DNA of 63,418 nt, filler included, from Octopus bimaculoides (GCF_001194135.2; 7 parts of 7 records of this genome joined end to end with filler, not necessarily neighbours in it), one strand, 5' to 3'; positions 1 through 12,549 are shown, numbered from the whole stretch's first letter. Made by a program: numbers and translations. Notes: generated by a model not told the origin, from the sequence alone.

Positions 1-1560
1 GTTGATTCTTGTGATGAAATTCAGAATGAGAGAGAAGAAAAATCATACTCCTGTGACATGTGTAAAAAATCATTCTCTCAGAAACACCACCTAAATGATC
101 ACAAACGTATTCACACAGGAGAGAAGCCATATCATTGTGATATCTGTGGTAAGTCATTCTCTACAAGTGGTACTTTAAGTACCCATAAACATATTCATAC
201 AAGAGAGAAACCATATCACTGTGATATCTGTGGTAAATCCTTTTCCACAAGTAGTGCATTAAATACTCACAAACGTATTCATACAGGAGAGAAACCATAT
301 CACTGTGATATCTGTGGTAAATCATTCTCTACGAATGGTAACTTAAATAGTCACAAATTTATTCATGCTGAAGAGAGACCATATCACTGTGATATCTGTG
401 GTAAGTCATTCTTTAAAAGTCGTACTTTAAGTACCCATAAAGATATTCATACCAGAGAGAGACCATATCGTTGTGAAATCTGTGGTAAATCCTTTTTCAC
501 AAGTTATGCATTAAATACTCACAAACGTATTCATACAGGAGAAAAACCATATCACTGTGATATCTGTGGTAAATCTTACTCTCAAAGTAGTGCATTAAAT
601 ACTCACACACGTATTCATACAGGAGAAAAGCCATATCATTGTGATATCTGTGGTAAGTCATTCTCTACAAGTGGTACTTTAAGTACCCATAAACATATTC
701 TTACAAGAGAGAGACCATATCACTGTGAAGTCTGTGGTAAATCCTTTTTCACAAGTAGTGCATTAAATACTCACAAACGTATTCATACAGGAGAAAAACC
801 ATATCATTGTGATATCTGTGGTAAATCCTTCTCTCAAAGTTCAACCTTAAGTAATCACAGAAGTATTCATACAGGAGAGAGACCGTGCCTCTGTCAGATT
901 TGTGGTAAATCATTCATAAATAAAAGTAAATTGCAGAGACACATATATATTCATACAGGAGAAAAACCCCATTGCTGTAATATATGTGGCAAATCATTCT
1001 CTCAAAAGAATGACTTAAATAAACACATACGGATCCATACAGGTGAAAAACCATTTCACTGTGATATCTGTGGTAAATCTTGCTCTCAAAGTAGTGATTT
1101 AATTAAACATAAGCGTGTTCATACAGGAGAGAAACCATATAACTGTGATATCTGTGGCAAGTCTTTCTCTGAAAGCACTGCCTTAGATATACATCGACGT
1201 ATTCATACAGGAGAGACACCCTATCAGTGTGATATCTGTGGTAAATCATTCAATGCACGTTGTAATTTAAATATTCACAAGCGTATTCATACAGGAGAGA
1301 AACCGTATCATTGTGATATCTGTGGCAAGTCTTTCTCTGAAAGCAATGCCTTACATATACATCGACGCATTCATACAGGAGAGACACCCTATCAGTGTGA
1401 TATCTGTGGTAAATCATTCATTACACATGGTAAGTTAAATATTCACAAGCGTATTCATACAGGAGAGAAACCGTATCATTGTGATATCTGTGGTAAATCA
1501 TTTCCTAGTAGACAGGCCTTGAAGTCTCACAACCCTGTTCATGCAGGGCAAAACGTATAA
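1..1560 (+). CDS. C2H2 zinc-finger protein, 18 tandem fingers (5'-partial; frame open from base 1)
   Basis: Frame from base 1 reads [25 protein letters not shown]..., then 18 C-x2-C-x12-H-x3-H units with TGEKP-type linkers, ending at TAA 1558-1560. Finger 8 has lost its second His (HKHILT). Confidence 0.95.
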   Translation, partial: VDSCDEIQNEREEKSYSCDMCKKSFSQKHHLNDHKRIHTGEKPYHCDICGKSFSTSGTLSTHKHIHTREKPYHCDICGKSFSTSSALNTHKRIHTGEKPYHCDICGKSFSTNGNLNSHKFIHAEERPYHCDICGKSFFKSRTLSTHKDIHTRERPYRCEICGKSFFTSYALNTHKRIHTGEKPYHCDICGKSYSQSSALNTHTRIHTGEKPYHCDICGKSFSTSGTLSTHKHILTRERPYHCEVCGKSFFTSSALNTHKRIHTGEKPYHCDICGKSFSQSSTLSNHRSIHTGERPCLCQICGKSFINKSKLQRHIYIHTGEKPHCCNICGKSFSQKNDLNKHIRIHTGEKPFHCDICGKSCSQSSDLIKHKRVHTGEKPYNCDICGKSFSESTALDIHRRIHTGETPYQCDICGKSFNARCNLNIHKRIHTGEKPYHCDICGKSFSESNALHIHRRIHTGETPYQCDICGKSFITHGKLNIHKRIHTGEKPYHCDICGKSFPSRQALKSHNPVHAGQNV

Positions 1561-2750
1561 CGTTGTGATGTCTGGTAAATCATTTCCAGATAAAAGTAAA
1601 TTTGGGTGATACATATATATTCATAGAGAAGAAAAAGCCTATTGCTGTAATATCTGTGGCAATCATTCATTTGAAATGATAGCTTATATAGGCACATGCG
1701 GACTTATGCAGGAGAAAACTGTGACATTTGTGGCAAGTATTACTCTGAAGGCAGTGCTTTACATATACATTGACGTATTCATACTACAAAGACACCATAT
1801 CAATGTGATGTCTGTGGTAAATCATTCTCTCACACATCTTCCCCAATAAAGCACATACGTATTCGTACAGGAGAAGGGCCATTCCACTGTGAGATTTGTG
1901 GTAAATCATTCCCAAATAAAAGCAAATTACAGAGACACACATATGTTCATACAGGGTAAAAATCCTATAGCTATAATATCTGTAGCAAATCATCCAGTCA
2001 AAAGAATGATTTAAATGAGCATATACGAATTCATACAGGTGAAAAACCATATCACTGTGATCTCTGTGTAAAATCTTGCTCTCAAACAGGAGAATGTGNN
2101 NNNNNNNNNNNNNNNNNNNNNNAACATAGGCGTATTCATACAAGAGAGACACCTTATCACTCTGTTATCTGTGGCAAATCCTTTTCTTGCTGGTAGTACC
2201 TTAATCCATCATAAACAATTCATACAGGATGAAAACCATGTCACTTTAATATCTGTGACAAAACATTCTCTAATAGGTCTACTGTAACTAGGCACAAACA
2301 TATCTATACAGGAGAAAAACCATATCAGCCGTGATATCTATGGTCAATTTATTCTCTAGGAATACAAGCTTAGCTCAACACAAACATACACATACAGGTG
2401 AGAAACCATGTCACTGTGTTCTCTGTGGAGAATCATTCTCTCAAAGTGGTAAATCGTCTAGTCATGAACATGTTCGTATAGCAGAGAAATTGTTTATCTG
2501 TGATATTTGTAGTAAATCATTCTCTAGAAATTTTCACTTAACTACAAACAAACATCTTCATACACAGGAGTGAATGTATTACAGAAATATTCTTTTGGCA
2601 ACTACTTCTCTGGAATATGCAGCAAATCTATTCACAGCGATGATAAGCGATATCAACTTGATATTTGTGGTAAATTAATTTCTTTTGGCAATGACTAAAT
2701 AAGTCACAAACATGAAAATGAAGGACAAGCCGTATCACAGTGACATCTGT
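1561..2750 (+). pseudogene. Decayed C2H2 fingers continuing past the stop codon
   Basis: Repeated tgtgatatctgtggtaaatcattc / cataca(g)gagaaaaacca motifs at about 84-nt spacing, broken by frameshifts and stops. Confidence 0.9.
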
Positions 2751-3169
2751 AGACACAAAAAATATGCTATAACAATGTCATAAGGGTGTTCTAACAATAT
2801 ATTTTATACATAACTACAACTGGTGGTGTTATTGATTTTTATACTTCCACTGAAGATATGCGTGACATGTTCAACACTGGCATGACATAATCATCATTTT
2901 CTATTACAGTGTTGGAGTTAAGAGTCAAATGGGTGTGTTTAAAGTCACACATGTTTTGTTAATCAAGTATTTCGTCACTATCTCCTGTTCTTGGTGAGCA
3001 GTTGCTTAGTCTTCCAGATGAGTTATGCATATATTGCATGTCTAGGAGAAGCTATTATTCCTGTCAAATGTTGCTGGCATTCTGTAGCTAGTGTATCCAT
3101 GCATAACTTTCTGCCCATATGATGGGTATTTTCCTTCCAAGTCTCTAACTAGTGCAATCCAGCTCCTTT

Positions 3170-3425
3170 GCGTGTGTGTGTGTGTATATGTATGCTTGTC
3201 TTGACATTATGTGATAGTTGGAAGTGAGGTGTCCCTGTCATGCAACCAGTGCCATTTGTTTCAAATTTTCCATGAAGAACTTGGTTGGCCACAGCGATGT
3301 GTTACCTTGCTTCAAAATGGGTGAGGGTTGGTGACGCAAAAGGTATATGACTATAAGAAATTTGCATCACTGAATTGTTTGACCCATGCAGGCATAGAAA
3401 AGTAGACATGAAAATGATAATTATG
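3170..3425 (+). mobile_element. Decayed SINE 3' part with RTE-type tail
   Basis: ttaccttgctt...gtgagggttggtgac...gacccatgcaggcatagaaaagtagac...atgat; similar copies at about 23270, 24600, 25680 and 50380. Confidence 0.6.
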
Positions 3426-3719
3426 ATATACACACAAACACATATTTGAGTGTTAAAATGGTAGAAAAGTACTCAAGACATGTAACATTATGTATTTACT
3501 GACTCTTGTTTTAAGGACTCATTTTGACTCAGGCCTGTCATGGAGAAACTGAAACAAATGACACTATGGATGAGCCTTTTGTTTACAATGATGATGCAAC
3601 ACATCAAAGCATGTTAAGAAACATAGACATACTTTCACAGTAGGCTGCAAACAAACCAACTCCATCAGAGAGGCCATTGATCACAAGCAGTGAATGCACA
3701 TTCAAACAGGGTCAATTTG

Positions 3720-3860
3720 AACTTAATCGCTTAGACACGTTTTTTTCTCATTCTCCCTCCATTTCTTTTCCTTTTAATCCTTTGTATTGAAGAGCATAGA
3801 CTCAAAACGTCAGACTTTTCCAGGCATCTTCCACAAATAAATCAAACCAAAAAAATCACA
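3720..3860 (+). mobile_element. Penelope-like terminal-repeat relic with degenerate hammerhead-like motif
   Basis: tttgtattgaagagcatagactcaaaacgtcagac (3781-3815) aligns to the better-preserved motif at 35755-35791. Confidence 0.5.
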
Positions 3861-4269
3861 TTATTTGTTTTNNNNNNNNNNNNNNNNNNNNNNNNNNNNN
3901 NNNNNNNNNNNNNNNNNNNNNNNNNNNNNNNNNNNNNNNNNNNNNNNNNNNNNNNNNNNNNNNNNNNNNNNNNNNNNNNNNNNNNNNNNNNNNNNNNNNN
4001 NNNNNNNNNNNNNNNNNNNNNNNNNNNNNNNNNNNNNNNNNNNNNNNNNNNNNNNNNNNNNNNNNNNNNNNNNNNNNNNNNNNNNNNNNNNNNNNNNNNN
4101 NNNNNNNNNNNNNNNNNNNNNNNNNNNNNNNNNNNNNNNNNNNNNNNNNNNNNNNNNNNNNNNNNNNNNNNNNNNNNNNNNNNNNNNNNNNNNNNNNNNN
4201 NNNNNNNNNNNNNNNNNTTTATGTGAGAGCTATAAGAGTGATAGTTGCAATATTAATTGCAAAATTCTA

Positions 4270-4495
4270 GTGGTGAGCTGGCAGAATTGTTAGTATGCCA
4301 GGCAAAATGCTTAGTGGCATTTCGTCCATCTTTACATTCTGAATCGATATTCCACCGATGTCACCTTCGCCTTTCATCCTTTCAGAGTTGATAAAATAAG
4401 TACCATATTAGCACAGTGGTTGATGTAATTGACTTGCACCCACCCCCAAGTTTCTGTCCTTGTGCCAAACTTTGAAACCAATAATAATAGCAATA
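4270..4495 (+). mobile_element. tRNA-derived SINE, family B (ggcgagctggcagaa head)
   Basis: gtgagctggcagaattgttag...aaatgcttag...cctttcatcctttcagagttgataaaataagtacc...ccttgtgccaaactttgaaacc; homologous to the minus-strand copy at 14108-14335. Confidence 0.75.
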
Positions 4496-6131
4496 TTTCT
4501 GAGAAGGGAGGGCAGATAGGTAGGTGGTTGATTCTATATATTTATATATTATGGTTTTGAATATGGGCGCAGGGACTGCAATTTTGGAGGAGTTAATTTT
4601 CATGACCGCTCAACCAGTATCCCAGTAGAATTTCAACACAGCATAAAGTCGGAAGAAGTGACCTGAAGCATTTTGCCAGCTCACCTGCTTTATGATGATT
4701 CCATTTATATTATGGCATTCGAACCATCTATATCTCTCTCTTCCTTTACTCAACCATTCCATGTATATTCTGATCCCTGTCCCTTATGTTTATGGCCAGC
4801 ACTTTGCCACCATCTCTATCCTGCTGTCACCCACTCTCTCTCTCTCCTTCTCTCCCCTCAGGTTGGGTAAGCATATACCTCCTTTGCGGCAGCACACCTG
4901 TGTCTGTCTTCATTGTTGATCTCTCTCTCCAGCCAGGTAACCTTGTACCTCCTGTACAGCAAGGCATCTGTCTCACTATAACCTTTCATCACCTGACATA
5001 AGATCACCTCCTCCAATGCCCCCTCCCCTTGCAAAAGATTTTCGTCTTACAAGTTACTTGGTGACTCTGTCATTGCAGGTGCCACTTACAAAGGATNNNN
5101 NNNNNNNNNNNNNNNNNNNNNNNNNNNNNNNNNNNNNNNNNNNNNNNNNNNNNNNNNNNNNNNNNNNNNNNNNNNNNNNNNNNNNNNNNNNNNNNNNNNN
5201 NNNNNNNNNNNNNNNNNNNNNNNNNNNNNNNNNNNNNNNNNNNNNNNNNNNNNNNNNNNNNNNNNNNNNNNNNNNNNNNNNNNNNNNNNNNNNNNNNNNN
5301 NNNNNNNNNNNNNNNNNNNNNNNNNNNNNNNNNNNNNNNNNNNNNNNNNNNNNNNNNNNNNNNNNNNNNNNNNNNNNNNNNNNNNNNNNNNNNNNNNNNN
5401 NNNNNNNNNNNNNNNNNNNNNNNNNNNNNNNNNNNNNNNNNNNNNNNNNNNNNNNNNNNNNNNNNNNNNNNNNNNNNNNNNNNNNNNNNNNNNNNNNNNN
5501 NNNNNNNNNNNNNNNNNNNNNNNNNNNNNNNNNNNNNNNNNNNNNNNNNNNNNNNNNNNNNNNNNNNNNNNNNNNNNNNNNNNNNNNNNNNNNNNNNNNN
5601 NNNNNNNNNNNNNNNNNNNNNNNNNNNNNNNNNNNATGTGACCTCTGCGCAGCTGCCCACTAACTACACACGGCTCTCTCCTGAATCTTGCACCATGGCT
5701 TACAGATACACCTATACCAAAAACAGCCAACATTTCATCTGTCAGTAAGAGACACTTTTCTGTTTTATCTTGATTTACCTTATTCATCACTTTTGAAATC
5801 CCTTTCATTTATTTCAACCCACCCCCTTTGCATATCAACACCTCTTATATTTTACTTTTTATATATGTGTATATATATATATCTTTCATTTTTGACGGCA
5901 CGCAGTCTGCTAGTGAATACTAAAACAGGAAATTGACCCTTTGGTATCATCTATTCTGTTTCTATCTTTGATGAAATTCAATTGCGTATCTATCTAACGT
6001 ACATGTTTGTAATTCCTATTAGCAAATGAAACGCATGTAAATAAATAACACCAAAATAATATTCCAATTTCCTGTTTTGCTGTATAACTGTAAATAAGAA
6101 GCCCATAATTCTGTATTTTGACAAACACATA

Positions 6132-6174
6132 GGCGCAGGAGTGGCTGTGTGGTAAGTAGCTTGCTTACCAACCN
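6132..6174 (+). mobile_element. tRNA-derived SINE family A head (truncated by gap)
   Basis: ggcgcaggagtggctgtgtggtaagtagcttgcttaccaacc matches the heads of the copies at 40842 and 56027. Confidence 0.85.
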
Positions 6175-6273
6175 NNNNNNNNNNNNNNNNNNNNNNNNNN
6201 NNNNNNNNNNNNNNNNNNNNNNNNNNNNNNNNNNNNNNNNNNNNNNNNNNNNNNNNNNNNNNNNNNNNNNNNN

Positions 6274-6502
6274 CCTGTGTGAATACGTTTGTGATCATTT
6301 AGGTGGTGTTTCTGAGAGAATGATTTTTTACACATGTCACAGGAGTATGATTTTTCTTCTCTCTCATTCTGAATTTCATCACAAGAATCAACTCGTTCAG
6401 TCTCTATTTTAATTTGAATTGGTTCNNNNNNNNNNCACAAGAATCAACTCGTTCAGTCTCTATTTTAATTTGAATTGGTTCCTCACAGAATTCATTTTCC
6501 AT
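6274..6502 (-). CDS. N-terminal part of a C2H2 zinc-finger gene ([57 protein letters not shown])
   Basis: ATG at 6502-6500 with an in-frame TGA upstream. The reverse complement of 6274-6392 is identical to bases 1-119. A 10-N gap with duplicated flanks interrupts it at 6426-6435. Confidence 0.85.
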
Positions 6503-6945
6503 AATTTTACTTCTCCGACAAATTCATCTCTTGTTCTTGTGTTCTTTGAAGTATATCTAGAACTATATTTCCATAAAGTGTGACTTCAATTGATGTGTTA
6601 AGATACTGCAACCTCCTTTCGAAATATGTCCAAGTTTAAACAAAGCAATCAACTCTTGAAGATATTNNNNNNNNNNAGCAATCAACTCTTGAAGATATTC
6701 CAGGCAGTGAAGTAGAGAAATTTTGCAAATGTTCCCAAGTCACAGCAACAATTGTGTAACACCAATTCTATCACAGATTTATAGATGCAGGAATATATCC
6801 ATTTNNNNNNNNNNATTCTATCACAGATTTATAGATGCAGGAATATATCCATTTTGTGTAGCAACTTTCTTTACTTTGTGAAAGATGATAAGTATCAATG
6901 ATACATCTAAGTTAAATACTATTAAGCCAATGTCATGTGATATTT

Positions 6946-6975
6946 CTGAAATAATAGAGAAACATTAGAAGATGT
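6946..6975 (-). other. Candidate 3' splice site for the ZNF coding exon
   Basis: Minus strand reads catcttCTAATgtttctctattatttCAG|aaatatc: branch-like CTAAT, pyrimidine tract, AG at 6947-6946. Confidence 0.5.
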
Positions 6976-8297
6976 AGGGGATATTTCAAATAGTTTTAAT
7001 GATGGAAATTATACAGATTGATAAACTGTAAATACAAACATTTACGTCCACAATTGAGCTCTAAATTTGAGTGGAATCCTAGTTTACACACCACATATAA
7101 TCCCTAACTTTTTTAAATTTTGAAATTAAAAAATTTTTTTCCAATCTTACAAACAAAAATTCATATTATTATGGAAAAAAAAGAAGCAAAAACAAGATTG
7201 TTTATTTGGTATTTAAGAGCGATTTTGCTGTTATTTTAGGCACATCTGATACCTTTCTTGTTTCTTTATAAATTATGTATTCATGTTTACCAATATCTTT
7301 CTCCACATAAACACATTTAATGGTCCATTACTGGGATTTAAGCAAAAAATTCAGACTGTCTGCACAAAAAAGTTATGAGGTGCTTAAACCATAAATCCAC
7401 CTGCATTTAAAATAGATTCAACGATGGGAAATATACTATATTTCAATAGTGATAAACTGTAGATATAAACATTTACGTCCACATTTGGCTTTTATAAAAT
7501 TTGGGTGGGATTATGGTCTCAGCATGCCATACAAATTCACATAAGTGTTTTATATTTTGAAATTTTTAGAAACATTTTCGAAATTTGTGTTCTGCACACG
7601 AGAATTCATATCATTAGTGAACCCCCACCTACCAAAAAAACCGGTTTTTATGTAATTTATGGGCGATGTATTTTTAGCATATCTTACGATCACCTGATAC
7701 ATTTCTCGTTCCTTTTCAAAACATAGGTAACAGAATTTGGTAAATTTTGCCATGTAACACTGCTTAAGAATTAATAATACTTCCACGGTAAAAAAATTTT
7801 TAAAATGCGTATTGCGGAAGAGAAAAAAACAATAAATACATATTTATGGATAAAAATGTTCGGCGATATCAAAGAGGCGAAAGATCGCCAAATGTTAATT
7901 GTAAGATGAAGGGTATAAGAGTCATCAGAAATTATGGACTTATGTTTGTAACCTCTGCAGTATCACGTTTGGAAGTAAACAATATTTTGATTTCATTTCA
8001 CTGTTTCATTTTAAAAAGAACCCATATTTTTTATACATTCCTCCTATATTCGAAATTACGCTGCAAATTCTATACATTACTCACAATTCATATTAATGAA
8101 CTTGAAAAGCAAAACGATTGAATGACGAGAAGATCATTAAGAAGAATACCTCGTATAAATCGCAGCTATTATTGAGAAGTCAGTGATACTAACTGATCAG
8201 ATGTTGTTGTTACTATGAAAAAATCGAAGTCAGAAACCATCAGCAATTCTTTGGTCAATGTTGGAAACCAAAACTTTATTCGCGTTAGCGAGAATTG

Positions 8298-8372
8298 ACA
8301 TCCGGTTGCACATGCGCAGTGTGAAACGTCAGAATAAGGCGTCTGCCAATTCTAGGGTGACATTTACACGTG
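8298..8372 (-). promoter_or_regulatory. Housekeeping-type promoter motif cluster upstream of the ZNF 5' end
   Basis: ETS-like ACCGGATGT (8298-8306), NRF1-like TGCGCATGTGCA (8307-8318), TGACGT half-CRE (8326-8331), CCAAT (8346-8350) and CACGTG (8367-8372) in a locally CpG-rich patch. Possible first donor GAG|GTATTC at 8150/8149. Confidence 0.55.
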
Positions 8373-8419
8373 TGTGAATTTACATTGCTGTTGAATGTGT
8401 GTGCATATTTGTGTGTTCC

Positions 8420-8519
8420 NNNNNNNNNNNNNNNNNNNNNNNNNNNNNNNNNNNNNNNNNNNNTTAATTAATTAANNNNNNNNNNNNNNNNNNNNNNNNN
8501 NNNNNNNNNNNNNNNNNNN
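8420..8519. other. Synthetic assembly spacer (44N-TTAATTAATTAA-44N)
   Basis: Exactly 100 nt; the 12-mer gives stops in all six frames. Confidence 0.95.
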
Positions 8520-8570
<51 letters not shown>

Positions 8571-8867
8571 AGCGAATTTCGTTGGAAGGTGTATGTGGAT
8601 CATATCAGCCACAGAACTCAACTGATACTTATTTTATCAACAACGAAAAAAAAGTCTACCCTCATGGCATTTGCATTCACAACGGAAATTTTGAAAGGAT
8701 GACACCAATCATTTTGTTCGGCACGGAAACGTTTCTCCCAGCACGCTGACACATGTATTTACATATATAAACATTTACTGTTTCGTTATCGGCGGCATCA
8801 TATAAAGAAAAGAAACATTCCATTCAGTGAAAGATACAAATATCATTTAATATTCATAGTATATCAG

Positions 8868-9025
8868 GTGACGAGCTGGCATCGTTTATAAGGTCACGAG
8901 TAGGCCATCATTACTTTCTGAGATAGAATTCCACCAAGTTCAACTTTGCGTTTCACTCCTGCGAGTTCGATAAAGCATGAATCTCCCTTTAAATTGCTGG
9001 CCTTGTGACAAAATTTGAAACCAAT
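8868..9025 (+). mobile_element. Decayed family B SINE
   Basis: ggtgacgagctggca...gaattccaccaagttcaactttgcgtttc...aattgctggccttgtgacaaaatttgaaacc. Confidence 0.55.
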
Positions 9026-10097
9026 GTACATAGTATCTTAGTTGGAAATAAAATTAAATTCATGCTGTAAAAATGCAATAAACATCTAGCTTGTACAGCA
9101 TACCATGTGTTCTCATAAAAATCAGCGTCATGCTGTATAATTGTGTCTGAAGGATAGCTAGGAAACTCACAGCGTGCTCTACAAGTCTGTGAGTTTATTA
9201 TATTTGCACGAATTTAAATAGTCTACATATTAAATGATACATACATACATACATACATGCACACACATACGTGTATGTTATATATGCGTGTATATATGTA
9301 TGTATGTATGTACGCTTGTATGTATGTATGTGTGTTTATATGTATATATATGTGTGTGTGCATGAATATATATGTGATTTTTATTTATCTATAAAGCTAC
9401 ATAACTTCCACAAAGGCCAATTGTATCACACCTGGCTCTATTCACATATATGTATATATACGTATATACATACAGATATACACACATATATATATATATA
9501 CGTGTGTGTGCGTATGTGTGTATATGTTGGTACATATCTGGGCATATGCGTTTGCTTTATTAGGACGTACGCAAAAGATAAAATTTTGCAAAGAAAGAAA
9601 ATGCAGTAAATCTTCATAAACATGGGGTTTTGCGATAAAAATATAATTTTCACCCATTAGGATGAAAGTACAACAAAGTTAATGTTGCGCAACCGGTGAC
9701 AAGAAAGGAAGTTATTTTTGAAGGGCTTTGACCCGAAGTTATTGAGGAATCATCGGATGAAAGATGGGAATGACAGCTCGGTAGTTCAACTGAAAGGGAA
9801 AGGACATTTCATTGGTCAAAACGGTGACAGGAATTGAGAATCAACGGATGAAGATATTGCAGGCAGTGTGAAAAATAGTAACTAAGTATTGAAAGAGAAA
9901 TGAGTGCGGGAAAATTGCAATAAAAATAGAAACAATACACAAAAGAAATTATTGAAGTGACTATCAGTAACTGTATGCCTAAAACCTGAGCACGGAGATT
10001 CATTCAGCAAGAAATATTGTTTCTATCTTTGAGCCCATTTTTCTACGTGATCGCCAAGTAAACCACCTTTAACCTCACAAATTTATGCACAAACGCG

Positions 10098-10146
<49 letters not shown>

Positions 10147-11681
10147 GAGGAAGTTATAGCCTCAGGAGGGATTATATAATCCAAGGCATTCTACTGGTCA
10201 ATCTCTATCGTATAATGCAAAAGACAATGGTATTTGATAGAGATTATTGAAATCATATAGTATCAATATTGAAGGAAAATGAAACAGAGAAAAAATGAAT
10301 GTGTGAATAATTTATTTGTATGTTATAAAATGAGCGAAAATTCTTTCAAGATACATAACAGTACAAATAAATTGAATACAAACTGTAAAGCTCGAAAATA
10401 ATAATGTACAAGAACGAAAATATATGTTTTAGTCCTATCAACTAGCAAGTCAGAAGTTCTAAGCATTTGGTTAAATGCTGAGAAAGGTATCATAGTCTAA
10501 CTATATGGGGTAGGACATCTTCGGGGTAATTATAAGTTAACGGAACATGCGTTATCCTTTTTCTAATATACATACTTATATCCAGGCAAGTTATTATATA
10601 TTAATAGAGCATATAAAGATGAAGATATAACATTTGACACTAATAAGCATATAATTAATAGAGTTTCAATTTTAGTAAATTGTTAATGGTGCTGTTATAT
10701 CTTTTAATAGAAATTTTCATAATTTTATAACATACAAATTAATTATTCATACATCCATATTTCTCAATTTCCTTTTCGTTGAATATATATATATTTATAT
10801 ATATATANNNNNNNNNNNNNNNNNNNNNNNNNNNNNNNNNNNNNNNNNNNNNNNNNNNNNNNNNNNNNNNNNNNNNNNNNNNNNNNNNNNNNNNNNNNNN
10901 NNNNNNNNNNNNNNNNNNNNNNNNNNNNNNNNNNNNNNNNNNNNNNNNNNNNNNNNNNNNNNNNNNNNNNNNNNNNNNNNNNNNNNNNNNNNNNNNNNNN
11001 NNNNNNNNNNNNNNNNNNNNNNNNNNNNNNNNNNNNNNNNNNNNNNNNNNNNNNNNNNNNNNNNNNNNNNNNNNNNNNNNNNNNNNNNNNNNNNNNNNNN
11101 NNNNNNNNNNNNNNNNNNNNNNNNNNNNNNNNNNNNNNNNNNNNNNNNNNNNNNNNNNNNNNNNNNNNNNNNNNNNNNNNNNNNNNNNNNNNNNNNNNNN
11201 NNNNNNNNNNNNNNNNNNNNNNNNNNNNNNNNNNNNNNNNNNNNNNNNNNNNNNNNNNNNNNNNNNNNNNNNNNNNNNNNNNNNNNNNNNNNNNNNNNNN
11301 NNNNNNNNNNNNNNNNNNNNNNNNNNNNNNNNNNNNNNNNNNNNNNNNNNNNNNNNNNNNNNNNNNNNNNNNNNNNNNNNNNNNNNNNNNNNNNNNNNNN
11401 NNNNNNNNNNNNNNNNNNNNNNNNNNNNNNNNNNNNNNNNNNNNNNNNNNNNNNNNNNNNNNNNNNNNNNNNNNNNNNNNNNNNNNNNNNNNNNNNNNNN
11501 NNNNNNNNNNNNNNNNNNNNNNNNNNNNNNNNNNNNNNNNNNNNNNNNNNNNNNNNNNNNNNNNNNNNNNNNNNNNNNNNNNNNNNNNNNNNNNNNNNNN
11601 NNNNNNNNNNNNNNNNNNNNNNNNNNNNNNNNNNNNNNNNNNNNNNNNNNNNNNNNNNNNNNNNNNNNNNNNNNNNNNNNN

Positions 11682-11746
<65 letters not shown>

Positions 11747-12549
11747 GTGTACATACACAGAGAGAGACAGACAAACACACATACACACATATTCTTTTAT
11801 GTATTATAAAGCCATGTATAATAAGTACTCACTGAGGACTGTCCTTGATACTGTCACTAGAAGACGAAACCCGTCTATAAAGAATGTTTGGTTCAATCGT
11901 TCAATGAGAGTGTAAATCATTTATAAAATAATACACATAGCATTCGTTCGTAGTTTTTCATTATACATTACGAAAACTGAAAACGGCTTAGAGCAATACG
12001 CAAATATTTCCGTAGCTTTAAATTAAGATCTGATAAAAATGCAGTCCTCGAGTGAAGAAAACCTAACACTTGTGTAGAAAATACGTGTGATATCGTAAAA
12101 TTTAATCTAGCAACAACAAAGAAATAGAAAGGAAATTAATGTTTGACTGAACTGACGTTGAAATTAGGTGTGGCAGAGTTATCAGAAGAAATTAGTGAAA
12201 GAGAAACTAAATTCAACCGATGAACAAATAAAAGGAAATCGTAATTTCAGTTTTATCAGCCTTTAAAGAACATTGCTGCTGTTACGTACTTGAAGAATAT
12301 TCATAAAAAATGGAATTCTTATCAGTTTATACAGTTTTTGTTTTACATAAAGAATGTTTATACACTTATAATAAACTGTGTGAGTGTATTTGTGAGGTTT
12401 TTCTTTGTAATGTAAAAGTGGGCGTACAATTTTCATTATTTGGCATAGGTTGTTCAGTATTTGTTTGTTAGTAGAATATTTGTGTATGTATAGAAAGATA
12501 GTACTCAGCATAATCACCACCGCAAGCGATAATCCCATCTCTCGAATCA

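Noticed and set aside
6376-6853. Short direct repeats flanking 10-N gaps (also about 24294/24500 and in the 62-63 kb satellite)
   Set aside because: Overlapping contig ends left unmerged; assembly artefacts, not tandem duplications.
11828-11880. ctgagga...gacgaaacccgtc hammerhead-like string
   Set aside because: No convincing stem I or stem II pairing around the core.
3865-11915. Long ORFs made mostly of X
   Set aside because: They only span N gaps.
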